DNA of 64,000 nucleotides from a virus: positions 42,895 to 106,894 of IMG/VR virus record IMGVR_UViG_3300025168_000039, one strand, 5' to 3'. How positions within the stretch are numbered: the first letter of the stretch is position 1; the number at the start of each line of letters is the position of its first letter. Both the position numbers and the translations under genes were made by a program. Positions 55,323-64,000 of the stretch are shown here, piece by piece. The notes under the pieces were generated by a model. It saw only the letters and a list, made by a program, of their open reading frames with translations, made no database searches and was not told where the DNA came from.

Positions 55323-55769
55323 ATGAATACAATACTACAAACTGAAAATGTTCAGAATCTATTAAAGAACTTTAGCCTTGGGTTTGAAGATCACCCATCT
55401 TCACCAATGATATCTTTCCACAGAGACAATGCAACTACTTTTCCTTTTCACGATATTAATAAGGACGGAGAGGATGGCTATGTTTTAGAGATTGCTTTAG
55501 CTGGGTATGCAAAAAAAGACATAACAGTAGAAGAAAGAGATGGTTTCTTAACTGTTGCTTCTAGTGATTTTTATAACAATAAAGAAGCTACAGAAGAAAT
55601 TCTAGACTCTATTGTAGTAAGAAATATCTCAAAAAGAAAATTTAAAAGAACATTCGCTTTAAACCCTAACTATGTTGTAGCTGCTGCCGAAATGGTGGAC
55701 GGCTTACTAAAAGTTAGGTTGAAAATGAAAGCAGATGACCAACATAAAAAAGTAATTCCAATAAAATAG
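55323..55769 (+). CDS. Small heat-shock protein Hsp20 (IbpA-like)
   Basis: FPFHDI, YVLEIALAGY, RNISKRKFKRTFAL, AEMVDGLL.V, IPI end; upstream TTGACT-17-TAATCT. Confidence 0.85.
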   Translation: MNTILQTENVQNLLKNFSLGFEDHPSSPMISFHRDNATTFPFHDINKDGEDGYVLEIALAGYAKKDITVEERDGFLTVASSDFYNNKEATEEILDSIVVRNISKRKFKRTFALNPNYVVAAAEMVDGLLKVRLKMKADDQHKKVIPIK

Positions 55770-55814
55770 GTAGCATAGGGGCGGGGTATTGTCTTCACCC
55801 CCTATCACATAAAG

Positions 55815-56576
55815 ATGTTAGATAAACCATACAAGATATATGTAGGGTATGACGAAAAAGAAAAGACTTACTTTGATGTTCTGTCCTACAGCATAAGAAA
55901 AAATACAAACCATCCCGTAGATATAATCCCACTAAAGCAAAATGCACTACGAAGAGCAGGTCTTTACTTTAGAGGAAAAGAAATAAACGAAGACAATCAA
56001 TTTGTAGATTGTTTTGATGGTAAACCTTTCTCAACTGAATTTAGTTTCACTAGGTTTTTAGTTCCTTTCTTAAATCAATTTGAAGGGTACGCTTTATTTA
56101 TGGACTGCGATATGTTTGTGAAGACAGACATATCTGAATTGTTTGATGAGTATTGTAATCCTTCCTTTGCTGTTAGTTGTGTGAAACATGATCACGTTAC
56201 CGACGGTGGTTTAAAAATGGACAACCGTGTTCAGTCTAATTATCAGAGAAAGAACTGGTCTAGTTTTGTTATGTGGAACTGTGGACATGAAGCACTAAAA
56301 GATTTTACTGTCCATGATGTAAACACAAGGAATGGTTCTTGGTTACATAGGTTTGCTTTTCTTGAGAGGGAGTATGAGAATAATCTTATAGGGTCTATAC
56401 CTCAAGAGTGGAACTGGTTAGATGGACATTCCCCTGCTAACTCAAAACCTAAGTGTGTCCACTTTACTACAGGCGGCCCGATATACAGCAACTGGGATGG
56501 TCGAAGAACCATAGATAATAAATATGCTATGGAGTGGTCAGAATTATATTCAGAAATGGTTAAAGTAAATGGTTAG
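55815..56576 (+). CDS. GT-A glycosyltransferase (CDI/GT8-like), second copy
   Basis: Same motifs as 648-1445 (STEFSFTRFL, MDCD, RKNWSS, HFTTGGP). Confidence 0.85.
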   Translation: MLDKPYKIYVGYDEKEKTYFDVLSYSIRKNTNHPVDIIPLKQNALRRAGLYFRGKEINEDNQFVDCFDGKPFSTEFSFTRFLVPFLNQFEGYALFMDCDMFVKTDISELFDEYCNPSFAVSCVKHDHVTDGGLKMDNRVQSNYQRKNWSSFVMWNCGHEALKDFTVHDVNTRNGSWLHRFAFLEREYENNLIGSIPQEWNWLDGHSPANSKPKCVHFTTGGPIYSNWDGRRTIDNKYAMEWSELYSEMVKVNG

Positions 56577-58863
56577 ATTTGTAACATCCTTTTCAGGTAA
56601 ACACTACGACATATATGCAAAAAAAATGTTGGAGTCTGTCGTTGAACACTGGGCAGATGACTTAAAACTTATTGTTTATTATGACACTGTAACTGAAGAA
56701 CAGAAGAAAGACTTTCCTAAGTCACCTATTATTGAATACAGAGACTTAGATGAGGTTGAAGACAGAGCTATCTTCTTAGATAAGATGAAAGGCTGTGATG
56801 GTACATCTAACGGTCAGATGCCTTACAACTTTCGTATGGATGCTCTACGCTTCTGTCACAAAGTATACGCTCTCACAGACTACTTTCTTGAGGTATCAGA
56901 GAACGAAGCCAAGGGTGGCTGGCTTATATGGATGGACGCAGATGTACTGACCACATCCCCTTTGTCTGAAGAAATTTTGTTCCAGGCTTTTCCTAAAGAT
57001 TCAGAGTTAATACATTTAGGAAGAACAGATATTGATTTTAGTGAGACAGGGTTTATTGGTTTTAATCTAGATACAATGCACAGTCATTACTTCTTAGCTG
57101 ACATAAGAGGATGCTACGATATAGGCGAAGTGTTGGCCTATCGAGAGTGGACTGATGCTTTTATTATGACTAGGTTCATTAAGATATATGCAGCGCATGG
57201 CATGAAGGTTCATAATTTAAGTGAAGGTGCTTCTGGTCTAGCTGTTTTCCCTCAGTCTAAGCTAGCTGACTTTATGATTCACTACAAAGGTAATTTAAAA
57301 AACACTATAGATGACGACACCGTTACTCCTGATGTAAGTCTACCTCGTTATCATCAGTTAGCTGTTCTTATCAGAGAGTATAAACCTAAAAGAATTGTAG
57401 AGGTAGGGACTTGGAATGGAGGCAGAGCTATAGAAATGGCCTTGGCTGCTTTCGAGAACAGTAAGCGAGTACACTATACTGGTTTTGACTTATTTGAAGA
57501 CGCAACCTTTGAGATAGATCGTAAGGAACAAAACGTCAAACCTCATAATAATTTTGATGCAGTAAAGAAACGTCTTGAAGACTTTGCTGGTAAGATGAAA
57601 GAGGATAAGAAGACGTTCACCTTTACTTTATTAAAAGGTGATTCAAAAGAAACTATGCCTAAGGCAAAGAAAGAGTTAAAGAAGGCTGACTTTGCTTTTA
57701 TAGATGGTGGTCATAGTGAAGAAACTATTTTATCTGATTATGAAAATTTAATACATGTTCCTGTAGTAGTCTTAGATGATTACTATAGTAAGGATATAGA
57801 TGATAAAATTCCTGGTGATGATTTTCTAGGAACTAACCGTCTTGTAGAATCAATGGAGAAGACAAGGATATTTGTCTTGCCTTCTCAAGATAGAGTGAAG
57901 GATGGTGGTACTGTTCACTTGGCCGTTAGGTTAAAAACAGATGACCTTCCTAACCTACCTAAAGAATTAAGTAGAACACCTATTATAATTCAACCTAAAG
58001 ATTGCGTACCTAAAGACGATATACTGGACAACATAAACGATAACGTAGAGTTAATAAAAGATTGGGACTTTGTTCAAAACTGTGACGTTAATAATGAACA
58101 TGTAATTGTAGCATCCGCTGGTCCTTCTATGGACTTTGAAGAATTAAAAGCTGTTCAGAAAAAATATGATGCTAAAATAGTGTGTGTGAAACATAGTTAT
58201 CCTTTACTCTTGGAGGCTGGTATTCAGCCTTGGGCGTGTGTTATACTTGACCCTCGCCCAATAACTGGTACTAGTACACACGGTGTTGTGCGAACAGAGT
58301 TGTTTAAAGAGATTGATCCAGTTACTAAATTCTTTATTGCGTCTATGACTGACCCTAGTGTTACTAAGTTCATACTGGATAAGACAAAGAATGTATATGG
58401 GTGGCACGCTTTCTCTCAAGCTGTTGCTGATATAGTAAGCGGTAAGATTGAGATAGACTATAATTTAAAAATAGACAAGGAAAACGCTACGTTTGTTAGC
58501 GGTGGTACATGTGCGGCAATGCGGTCAATTGGTATGATGCACATATTTGGATTTAGGAACTTCCATCTGTTTGGTTTTGATTGTTCAATAGAAGGTCTTT
58601 CTGATGAACAGAAAAAAGAGAAACTAGATGATGGTGTAAGACCTAAATATATGCCAGTAGAAATAAGCGACTGTCATTTCTGGACTACTGGCGAACTTCT
58701 TGCAATGGCACAAGATTGTGAGAAGTTATTTGATAATCCTCAAGTTGAAATGATGGTCAATTTTTATGGAGAGAATACATTAGTATCTGAGGTTTACAAA
58801 CTTTCTAAGAGAAGTAATCCAACACACTACACTAAATATATAGAAGAGAAACAAGCAACCTAA
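56569..58863 (+). CDS. GT + SAM methyltransferase + Maf/DUF115-like fusion, second copy
   Basis: WMDAD, EVGTWNGG, IDGGHS, ASAGPS, GFRNFHLFGFDCS; homolog of 1438-3762. Confidence 0.75.
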   Translation: MVRFVTSFSGKHYDIYAKKMLESVVEHWADDLKLIVYYDTVTEEQKKDFPKSPIIEYRDLDEVEDRAIFLDKMKGCDGTSNGQMPYNFRMDALRFCHKVYALTDYFLEVSENEAKGGWLIWMDADVLTTSPLSEEILFQAFPKDSELIHLGRTDIDFSETGFIGFNLDTMHSHYFLADIRGCYDIGEVLAYREWTDAFIMTRFIKIYAAHGMKVHNLSEGASGLAVFPQSKLADFMIHYKGNLKNTIDDDTVTPDVSLPRYHQLAVLIREYKPKRIVEVGTWNGGRAIEMALAAFENSKRVHYTGFDLFEDATFEIDRKEQNVKPHNNFDAVKKRLEDFAGKMKEDKKTFTFTLLKGDSKETMPKAKKELKKADFAFIDGGHSEETILSDYENLIHVPVVVLDDYYSKDIDDKIPGDDFLGTNRLVESMEKTRIFVLPSQDRVKDGGTVHLAVRLKTDDLPNLPKELSRTPIIIQPKDCVPKDDILDNINDNVELIKDWDFVQNCDVNNEHVIVASAGPSMDFEELKAVQKKYDAKIVCVKHSYPLLLEAGIQPWACVILDPRPITGTSTHGVVRTELFKEIDPVTKFFIASMTDPSVTKFILDKTKNVYGWHAFSQAVADIVSGKIEIDYNLKIDKENATFVSGGTCAAMRSIGMMHIFGFRNFHLFGFDCSIEGLSDEQKKEKLDDGVRPKYMPVEISDCHFWTTGELLAMAQDCEKLFDNPQVEMMVNFYGENTLVSEVYKLSKRSNPTHYTKYIEEKQAT

Positions 58864-58876
58864 GAAAGGATTTAAT

Positions 58877-59059
58877 ATGCTTCAAACTATCCTAGACAAC
58901 AGTGATGTAATTTTAAGTACGTTAACAGGTGTCGTTACCATAGCTAGTATTATTGTAGCTGGTACACGAACACCCTCCCCTGATACTATTATGGGCAAGA
59001 TTTATAAAGCAGTGGAATTTTTGGCTATAACGGTAGGTAAAGCTAAAGAAAAAGGTTAA
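58877..59059 (+). CDS. Small membrane protein, possible holin
   Basis: TM segment, TPSPD..GKIYKAVEFLA..GKAK; upstream of spanin pair. Confidence 0.55.
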   Translation: MLQTILDNSDVILSTLTGVVTIASIIVAGTRTPSPDTIMGKIYKAVEFLAITVGKAKEKG

Positions 59060-59066
59060 AAATAAA

Positions 59067-59297
59067 ATGCCTGTAATATCTTCTATTGTATCCTCAGTTG
59101 TTAGTATCTTCACTAAAATACTACCTCTTTTATTTGCATATAAAGCAGGTAAGAATAGTGCAGAGAAAAAAGAACTTGAGGATGCAATAGAAAAGAATAG
59201 GAAGAGAGATAAAGTTGAAGAAGATATTGAGCGTCTGTCTAATGACTCTGTTGTTAGCAAGCTGCGTAACCGTTGGGGGAGGAAAGACTTACTGTAG
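59067..59297 (+). CDS. Putative i-spanin (Rz-like)
   Basis: N-term TM followed by charged coiled coil. Confidence 0.6.
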   Translation: MPVISSIVSSVVSIFTKILPLLFAYKAGKNSAEKKELEDAIEKNRKRDKVEEDIERLSNDSVVSKLRNRWGRKDLL

Positions 59298-59400
59298 TTG
59301 GGTAAAGCCTATCCTTATTTCTGACAATGATAAACTTTCTAACGGAACAGCAAGGCGCATACTTGCTCACAATGAAACATGGGATAAGTTCTGTAATTAA
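59215..59400 (+). CDS. Putative o-spanin lipoprotein (Rz1-like)
   Basis: Overlaps Rz in another frame; LLLASC lipobox; C.WVKPI..ILAHNE.W..FC. Confidence 0.7.
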   Translation: MKKILSVCLMTLLLASCVTVGGGKTYCSWVKPILISDNDKLSNGTARRILAHNETWDKFCN

Positions 59401-59402
59401 TT

Positions 59403-59936
59403 ATGACTGAATTAAAGATAAGACAGGAGAAGTTCTGTCAAGCATATGTCCTCTATCGCAACGCAACAGAGTCAGCCAAGATAGCTGGCTACTCTGAAGG
59501 TTCTGCACATACGCAGGGTCATAGACTTATGCAGCGAGGAGACATTAAAGAAAGAATAGAAGAATTAGAGAAAGAAGTAGAGACACGCATTGATGTTGTC
59601 TCTGAAATAGAAAATCAATATACCTACGCAAAGAACAACGGACATACAAACAGCGCCATCAAAGCACTAGAGGTGTTGTCTCGCATACGTTCTGGTAAGG
59701 AAGACGAAGCTCCTAAGAACGTAGCTGAAATAGAAGACGACATAGTTAAGTATCTTGAAATCTTAGGCGAGAAAGAAACATCAAAACTTTTTTTAAAATG
59801 TGATTTCTTTGCTGACGAAGAACAAGAAGAAGACCTTGATGAGGCAGAACACATAAGAAAAAAGATAGAATCTGTTCCCAAAAGGAATGTTAGGAAAGAA
59901 TACCTGGAATCCAGGGAAGGCCATGTACTAAAATAG
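59403..59936 (+). CDS. terS: Terminase small subunit-like protein, second copy
   Basis: RQEKFCQAY..NATESAKIAGYS; homolog of 3762-4169. Confidence 0.75.
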   Translation: MTELKIRQEKFCQAYVLYRNATESAKIAGYSEGSAHTQGHRLMQRGDIKERIEELEKEVETRIDVVSEIENQYTYAKNNGHTNSAIKALEVLSRIRSGKEDEAPKNVAEIEDDIVKYLEILGEKETSKLFLKCDFFADEEQEEDLDEAEHIRKKIESVPKRNVRKEYLESREGHVLK

Positions 59937-60046
59937 CCTAAATCCTTTGTGCGCCTGATAATCAAACACACATAAAGTTAGCTTATATTCTGGTGGCATG
60001 GCAGCAGGGATATTACTTACCTGCACTGTACGGCTAATTTTAAGCC

Positions 60047-60403
60047 TTATTTTTTAATCTGAGTCTCTTCAACAGCGGGATGTCGTCCATTGTGCATTTT
60101 TTGTAATGCCAATATTTCATACTCTGTTTTTTTTAATCTTTCAGAGACTGCGCCTCTCCATTTATTCTGATCTTCAAGATTACCAGGACTTAGAATATCT
60201 GTAAGAACCTTAATCTGACTTCTTAAAACAGACACAGTATTCTCTGCTGTATCTAGTTCTCTGTTTAATTCATCTACATAAGCTTTTATTTCAGTTTGGT
60301 TAGCTTTTAATGTAGATACCTGTGATCTTACTAATGCCCACGCACCAGACAAAGAAGCTATGACGGCTCCAATCTGGAACAGAAATTCTGTGTCCATCTC
60401 CAT
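60047..60403 (-). CDS. TM + coiled-coil protein, second copy
   Basis: QIGAVIASL.GAW.LVR..MHNGRHP shared with 4468-4809. Confidence 0.75.
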   Translation of the reverse strand: MEMDTEFLFQIGAVIASLSGAWALVRSQVSTLKANQTEIKAYVDELNRELDTAENTVSVLRSQIKVLTDILSPGNLEDQNKWRGAVSERLKKTEYEILALQKMHNGRHPAVEETQIKK

Positions 60404-63400
60404 TACATATTACCTGTAGGACTTTGAATTTGTAACAGGGGAGTACCTTTGGCACCGTCTAGTCTCCCTCGTATGTCTATTAAAAATTGAGGAGCAATCT
60501 TTCCTAATTGCTGGCTAAGTCTAGCCATAGCTTTTTGACTTAAAGAAGGAGGTTTGAAACTACCAACAAAGTTTGAACCAGGAATTTTTATCAGTGCTAA
60601 ATTAATATCCTCCTTAAAAGGATACTTTCCTTTTTCAGATAACATCTCTCGTATTTTTCTATCTGTTATGTTATCTCTTATCCCTTCTTTATTTGTGTAC
60701 TTTACTTTCTTAACATCATGCAAAAGAGAAGCAAGTTTTTGTTGGTTGCTATAAGAATTTAGTAACGACCTATCTATTTCTTCTAGTACAGCTTGCTTGT
60801 CTTCTGACGTTAAAGATGCTCCAGTATTATAAACCTTATTGAGTACTCTATTAATTTCTTTATTAGAGTTATTAATTGAACGAGATAATTTACCTACTTT
60901 ATATTGCAAAGATTTATCAAGACTAAAAGTAATTTTTCTTTGGCCTAAAAATCTAGCTGCCTTATCAGAAGGCCGTAATGGAAATCCTGAAGAACTTCTA
61001 CCTACTTCAAATTTACCATCTTTAGGCACTCCCTCACTTAATTTTTCTTCACTTTCCATAGCTTCTACATATTTATAGATTGCTTTTGCTGTTCCCATTT
61101 CTGGTAGAAGTTCTTTACCAATATTTATAATATTTTCAGAAAGAGTATTATCTTCACTTGTTATATCTCTTCCTGTCTTAAAATCTTTGCCAGTTAAAAC
61201 ATTTAATAATTTTTCTGTTCCTAAAGACAACGAAGTAAAAGAGCCAAACACTTCAGCTAAATTGTCACCAAACTGTTCTATGCTATCTGGAGTAAGTTGT
61301 CCTGAGAAAATTAAGTTATCTGTAGCGCGACCAACTTTAATTATAGCTTCTTGAGGATTGACGGCACCTGTATTGAAGAATTTTGTTTCTATCTTTCCTG
61401 TACGAGGATTTTCTTCCATAGGTGAAACAAACTCTCTGCTAGAATTTATATCATAAGGGTTACTTAATTTATTTATAATACTCTCATCATCATTAGATAT
61501 TAAATTCTCAGCTTTATTAGCAAGAAGTTCACTATAGCCAGCATAAGCTACTGCACTAAAAGCAGCTAGTCTCTTCCCTCCTATTTTTGCTAACTCCATA
61601 TTACCTGTTCTAAGTCCTGTCGTAAAATCTCTTAACGCAATAACTGGTACGTTCTTAGCTACACGAAAAGACTCGGCAAGGAAAGAAGGAAAAACACCTA
61701 TGAGAGGAACATCTTGTTGAGCAACTTTAAGAAGTCTAGGTATTCTAGAATATGTAGGTAAAGTATCTAAGACAACATCTCTAGCAAGTTTTTCTACTTC
61801 ATCTATAGAAGCTTTAGGAAAAGCTTTAGAATATTTATCTAATTCAGAATAATAATTAAGAACCTTAAAATAAGTATCTTCTCCTCTATACAACTTTTTA
61901 AAAGGTTCTACTACTTTGTCTATAGGCTTCAGTAAATATTTTTTTATAAAAGACAAAGCACCATCATCAGAATCTTTTATAACATTCTTAAATGTCTGCT
62001 CTAGAAATTCTGCCGTAACACTATTATCTAATAGGCCATACTCTTGTAATTTTTTTAATTCTTCTTTTGATGCTTTAATAGATGTCTCTGATTCTCCTAA
62101 AAGTCTTTTTATCTTAGGAGTTGATTTATATAAATCTGGTACAGACTTAAAAGCTTTAATAAAGTTACCATTAGCAATAGTAAAAATTACATTACCTTTG
62201 AAGTTTATAACATGCGTTGGTTGAGATAAGACAGTAGCACCAGCAGAATTAAGATAGTTATAAAATTTAATCCCTTTAAAAATATTATTTGTAGCACCCT
62301 CTGGATTAAGACCTGCTTCTAAAGTTTTTTTATACGATTTAGTTGTGTATATCTCGGCTAATGGATTAGCTTTAGGACCAAGTTTAGTTATATAACTACT
62401 AGCAAGACTTCCTAAATTATCTACATAACTTGCTTTAGTATCTCTTGCAGAACTAAATAATTTTTGACCATAGGTTGAATCAGCAATATCTTTAATATCA
62501 TTAACAAATTTAAACTCTGTTAAAATATCAGCTTGCTTTTTAATTGTTTGCTCAGTAACTGTTAATGGATCAGTAGTTGCTTTGAGAAAGTTTTTTACTG
62601 GTATAGGAATATCTACACGCTTACTTAATATCTTTCCAAAATTTGGATTACTATATTTCGTGTCTAATTTTTTATTTACATCTACCAGTTGTTTAAAAAA
62701 ATCTTCATCATTGTCCGTTAATTTTTGTACCAAGTCATATAAATTATCCTCTACCTCTACAGCTTTTTTTGCTGCGTCTGTAGTCTTAGATTGAGAACTT
62801 AAATATTTACGCATACCATCTAATACTTGAGATGCTTCTGCGTCATTGACCTTACCCTTAAATGTATCTTTTATTTTTTTCCTATAGGCAGGATTAGTAA
62901 ATACTTCATAAGTAGTATTTGTATAAAGACCTAAATTTTTATCTAAGACTACATCTATGTTAGCAGCATCTGTGTACTTACCTATTTCTTTAGTATAGTC
63001 ATCAATAATAACTCTAGTATTTTTAATTGCTTGTTGTGTAGTTTTAGGTAGAAGTTCTAAGGCTTCTTTCTGCCCTTCTCTAGCTGCCGCGAAAGCAGCA
63101 TTGCCATAGCCATCTAACTTTTTTGTCTCAGCCGCAGTTCTCTTAGCAGGTTTTTTAGCGTAAATCTTTTTTATATTTCTGGGCATATCAGAAGGATCAG
63201 GTGATTTTCCTAATGCAGTTCTTATATTATAAATATCTTTATCAGCTAGTTCATCAATTGATTTATCGAAGTCTGCTTTTATTGCTCCTTCTAATTCTTT
63301 AGCTTGTTCTTTTGCTTGGCTTTTGCTTGCACGTAAACCAGAATCTTTATCGGCAAAAGCTTGGTATGTCTTTCTGTCCATACCCATACGAGAATTAAGC

Positions 63401-64000
63401 CATTTACCAAGAAACCCTGCTTCTTTAGCAACCTCACCTTTAGGTTCAATGAGCGTATCTATAGGCTGTTCTATTGTAACCTTCTGCTCATACTTACCAG
63501 TAGGACTTTGTGTTATCTTAGTTTCTTTAATTTTACCAGCATCTTCATCTATAACTGGTTTTATTACATCTTCATCTATAGCTTGTTTTTTATTCTTTAA
63601 TGATTTGTATCCTCTAGCTGCAGCACCAATAATTTCAGCAGTAGCGCCAATACCTAAAGCTTCTAAAGTTTTCTTTCCTGCTTTAATAGCAAAGGAATCA
63701 TCAGGATCAATAGCTAATGGTTCTAACCATTCTAATGAATCAGGAGCAGCCTCAACTATTGTATTGACTAATCCCTCGTCTTTGTTAGACAACAGTACAT
63801 CTGAAGCAACAAACGCACTAAACTGACCAGATGCTTTTATACGATCAGCAGCTTTCTTACCTACAAATGGAGCAAGGTTAAGAGCATCTACTTTTTTTGA
63901 TAGTGAGCGGCCTGGAATAGCAATAGTAAGTATTTCTGAACCAGCTTTTTCTAGACCAGTCTGGGCAGGATCAAATGTCTCTTGTAAAGCTTTGTAAAGT
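60403..64000 (-). CDS. Large internal virion protein (truncated by window end)
   Basis: Frame stays open to position 64000; DTLPTY, PLIGVFPSFLAE, SGFPL segments match 4809-9035. Confidence 0.7.
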   Translation of the reverse strand, partial: LYKALQETFDPAQTGLEKAGSEILTIAIPGRSLSKKVDALNLAPFVGKKAADRIKASGQFSAFVASDVLLSNKDEGLVNTIVEAAPDSLEWLEPLAIDPDDSFAIKAGKKTLEALGIGATAEIIGAAARGYKSLKNKKQAIDEDVIKPVIDEDAGKIKETKITQSPTGKYEQKVTIEQPIDTLIEPKGEVAKEAGFLGKWLNSRMGMDRKTYQAFADKDSGLRASKSQAKEQAKELEGAIKADFDKSIDELADKDIYNIRTALGKSPDPSDMPRNIKKIYAKKPAKRTAAETKKLDGYGNAAFAAAREGQKEALELLPKTTQQAIKNTRVIIDDYTKEIGKYTDAANIDVVLDKNLGLYTNTTYEVFTNPAYRKKIKDTFKGKVNDAEASQVLDGMRKYLSSQSKTTDAAKKAVEVEDNLYDLVQKLTDNDEDFFKQLVDVNKKLDTKYSNPNFGKILSKRVDIPIPVKNFLKATTDPLTVTEQTIKKQADILTEFKFVNDIKDIADSTYGQKLFSSARDTKASYVDNLGSLASSYITKLGPKANPLAEIYTTKSYKKTLEAGLNPEGATNNIFKGIKFYNYLNSAGATVLSQPTHVINFKGNVIFTIANGNFIKAFKSVPDLYKSTPKIKRLLGESETSIKASKEELKKLQEYGLLDNSVTAEFLEQTFKNVIKDSDDGALSFIKKYLLKPIDKVVEPFKKLYRGEDTYFKVLNYYSELDKYSKAFPKASIDEVEKLARDVVLDTLPTYSRIPRLLKVAQQDVPLIGVFPSFLAESFRVAKNVPVIALRDFTTGLRTGNMELAKIGGKRLAAFSAVAYAGYSELLANKAENLISNDDESIINKLSNPYDINSSREFVSPMEENPRTGKIETKFFNTGAVNPQEAIIKVGRATDNLIFSGQLTPDSIEQFGDNLAEVFGSFTSLSLGTEKLLNVLTGKDFKTGRDITSEDNTLSENIINIGKELLPEMGTAKAIYKYVEAMESEEKLSEGVPKDGKFEVGRSSSGFPLRPSDKAARFLGQRKITFSLDKSLQYKVGKLSRSINNSNKEINRVLNKVYNTGASLTSEDKQAVLEEIDRSLLNSYSNQQKLASLLHDVKKVKYTNKEGIRDNITDRKIREMLSEKGKYPFKEDINLALIKIPGSNFVGSFKPPSLSQKAMARLSQQLGKIAPQFLIDIRGRLDGAKGTPLLQIQSPTGNM

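Noticed and set aside
52967-64000. Direct terminal repeat or circular overlap of one genome
   Set aside because: Copies are ~76% aa identical in the RNR C-terminus, less elsewhere, and differ in gene content

Overview
The window is entirely bacteriophage DNA from AT-rich, probably lytic marine-type podoviruses. They carry T7-like PolA, SSB and endonuclease, a class II ribonucleotide reductase, P22/Mu-like head-tail genes and no phage RNA polymerase. Layout: end of a + strand replication/metabolic operon (1-4.2 kb); a long - strand morphogenesis operon (4.3-38.6 kb) with internal virion proteins, tail, gp38-like adhesins, basic proteins, capsid, scaffold, GroES, portal and TerL; a divergent non-coding control region (38.6-39.3 kb); a + strand early region of small ORFs separated by covarying ~52-nt hairpins; and a replication module with a Gmd+ColD sugar pathway. 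From ~53 kb there is a second, diverged copy of the first ~9 kb (RNR C-terminus ~76% aa identical by hand alignment). The window therefore most likely joins two related phage genomes, with the best junction candidate at ~45.67 kb, where a chimeric-looking ORF sits and no primase-helicase is found. Most interesting observations: (i) a structure-conserved hairpin array punctuating the early genes; (ii) a shared xKGG / GCGxAxRG motif system across virion proteins that brackets a lysozyme domain; (iii) a candidate phage-encoded glycosylation pathway (Gmd, ColD, GT, GT-MTase-Maf fusion) alongside Val-Ser-enriched tail proteins; (iv) asparagine-synthetase-like PP-loop enzymes embedded among adhesin and basic-protein genes. 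All family assignments come from motif recognition by eye, not database searches.
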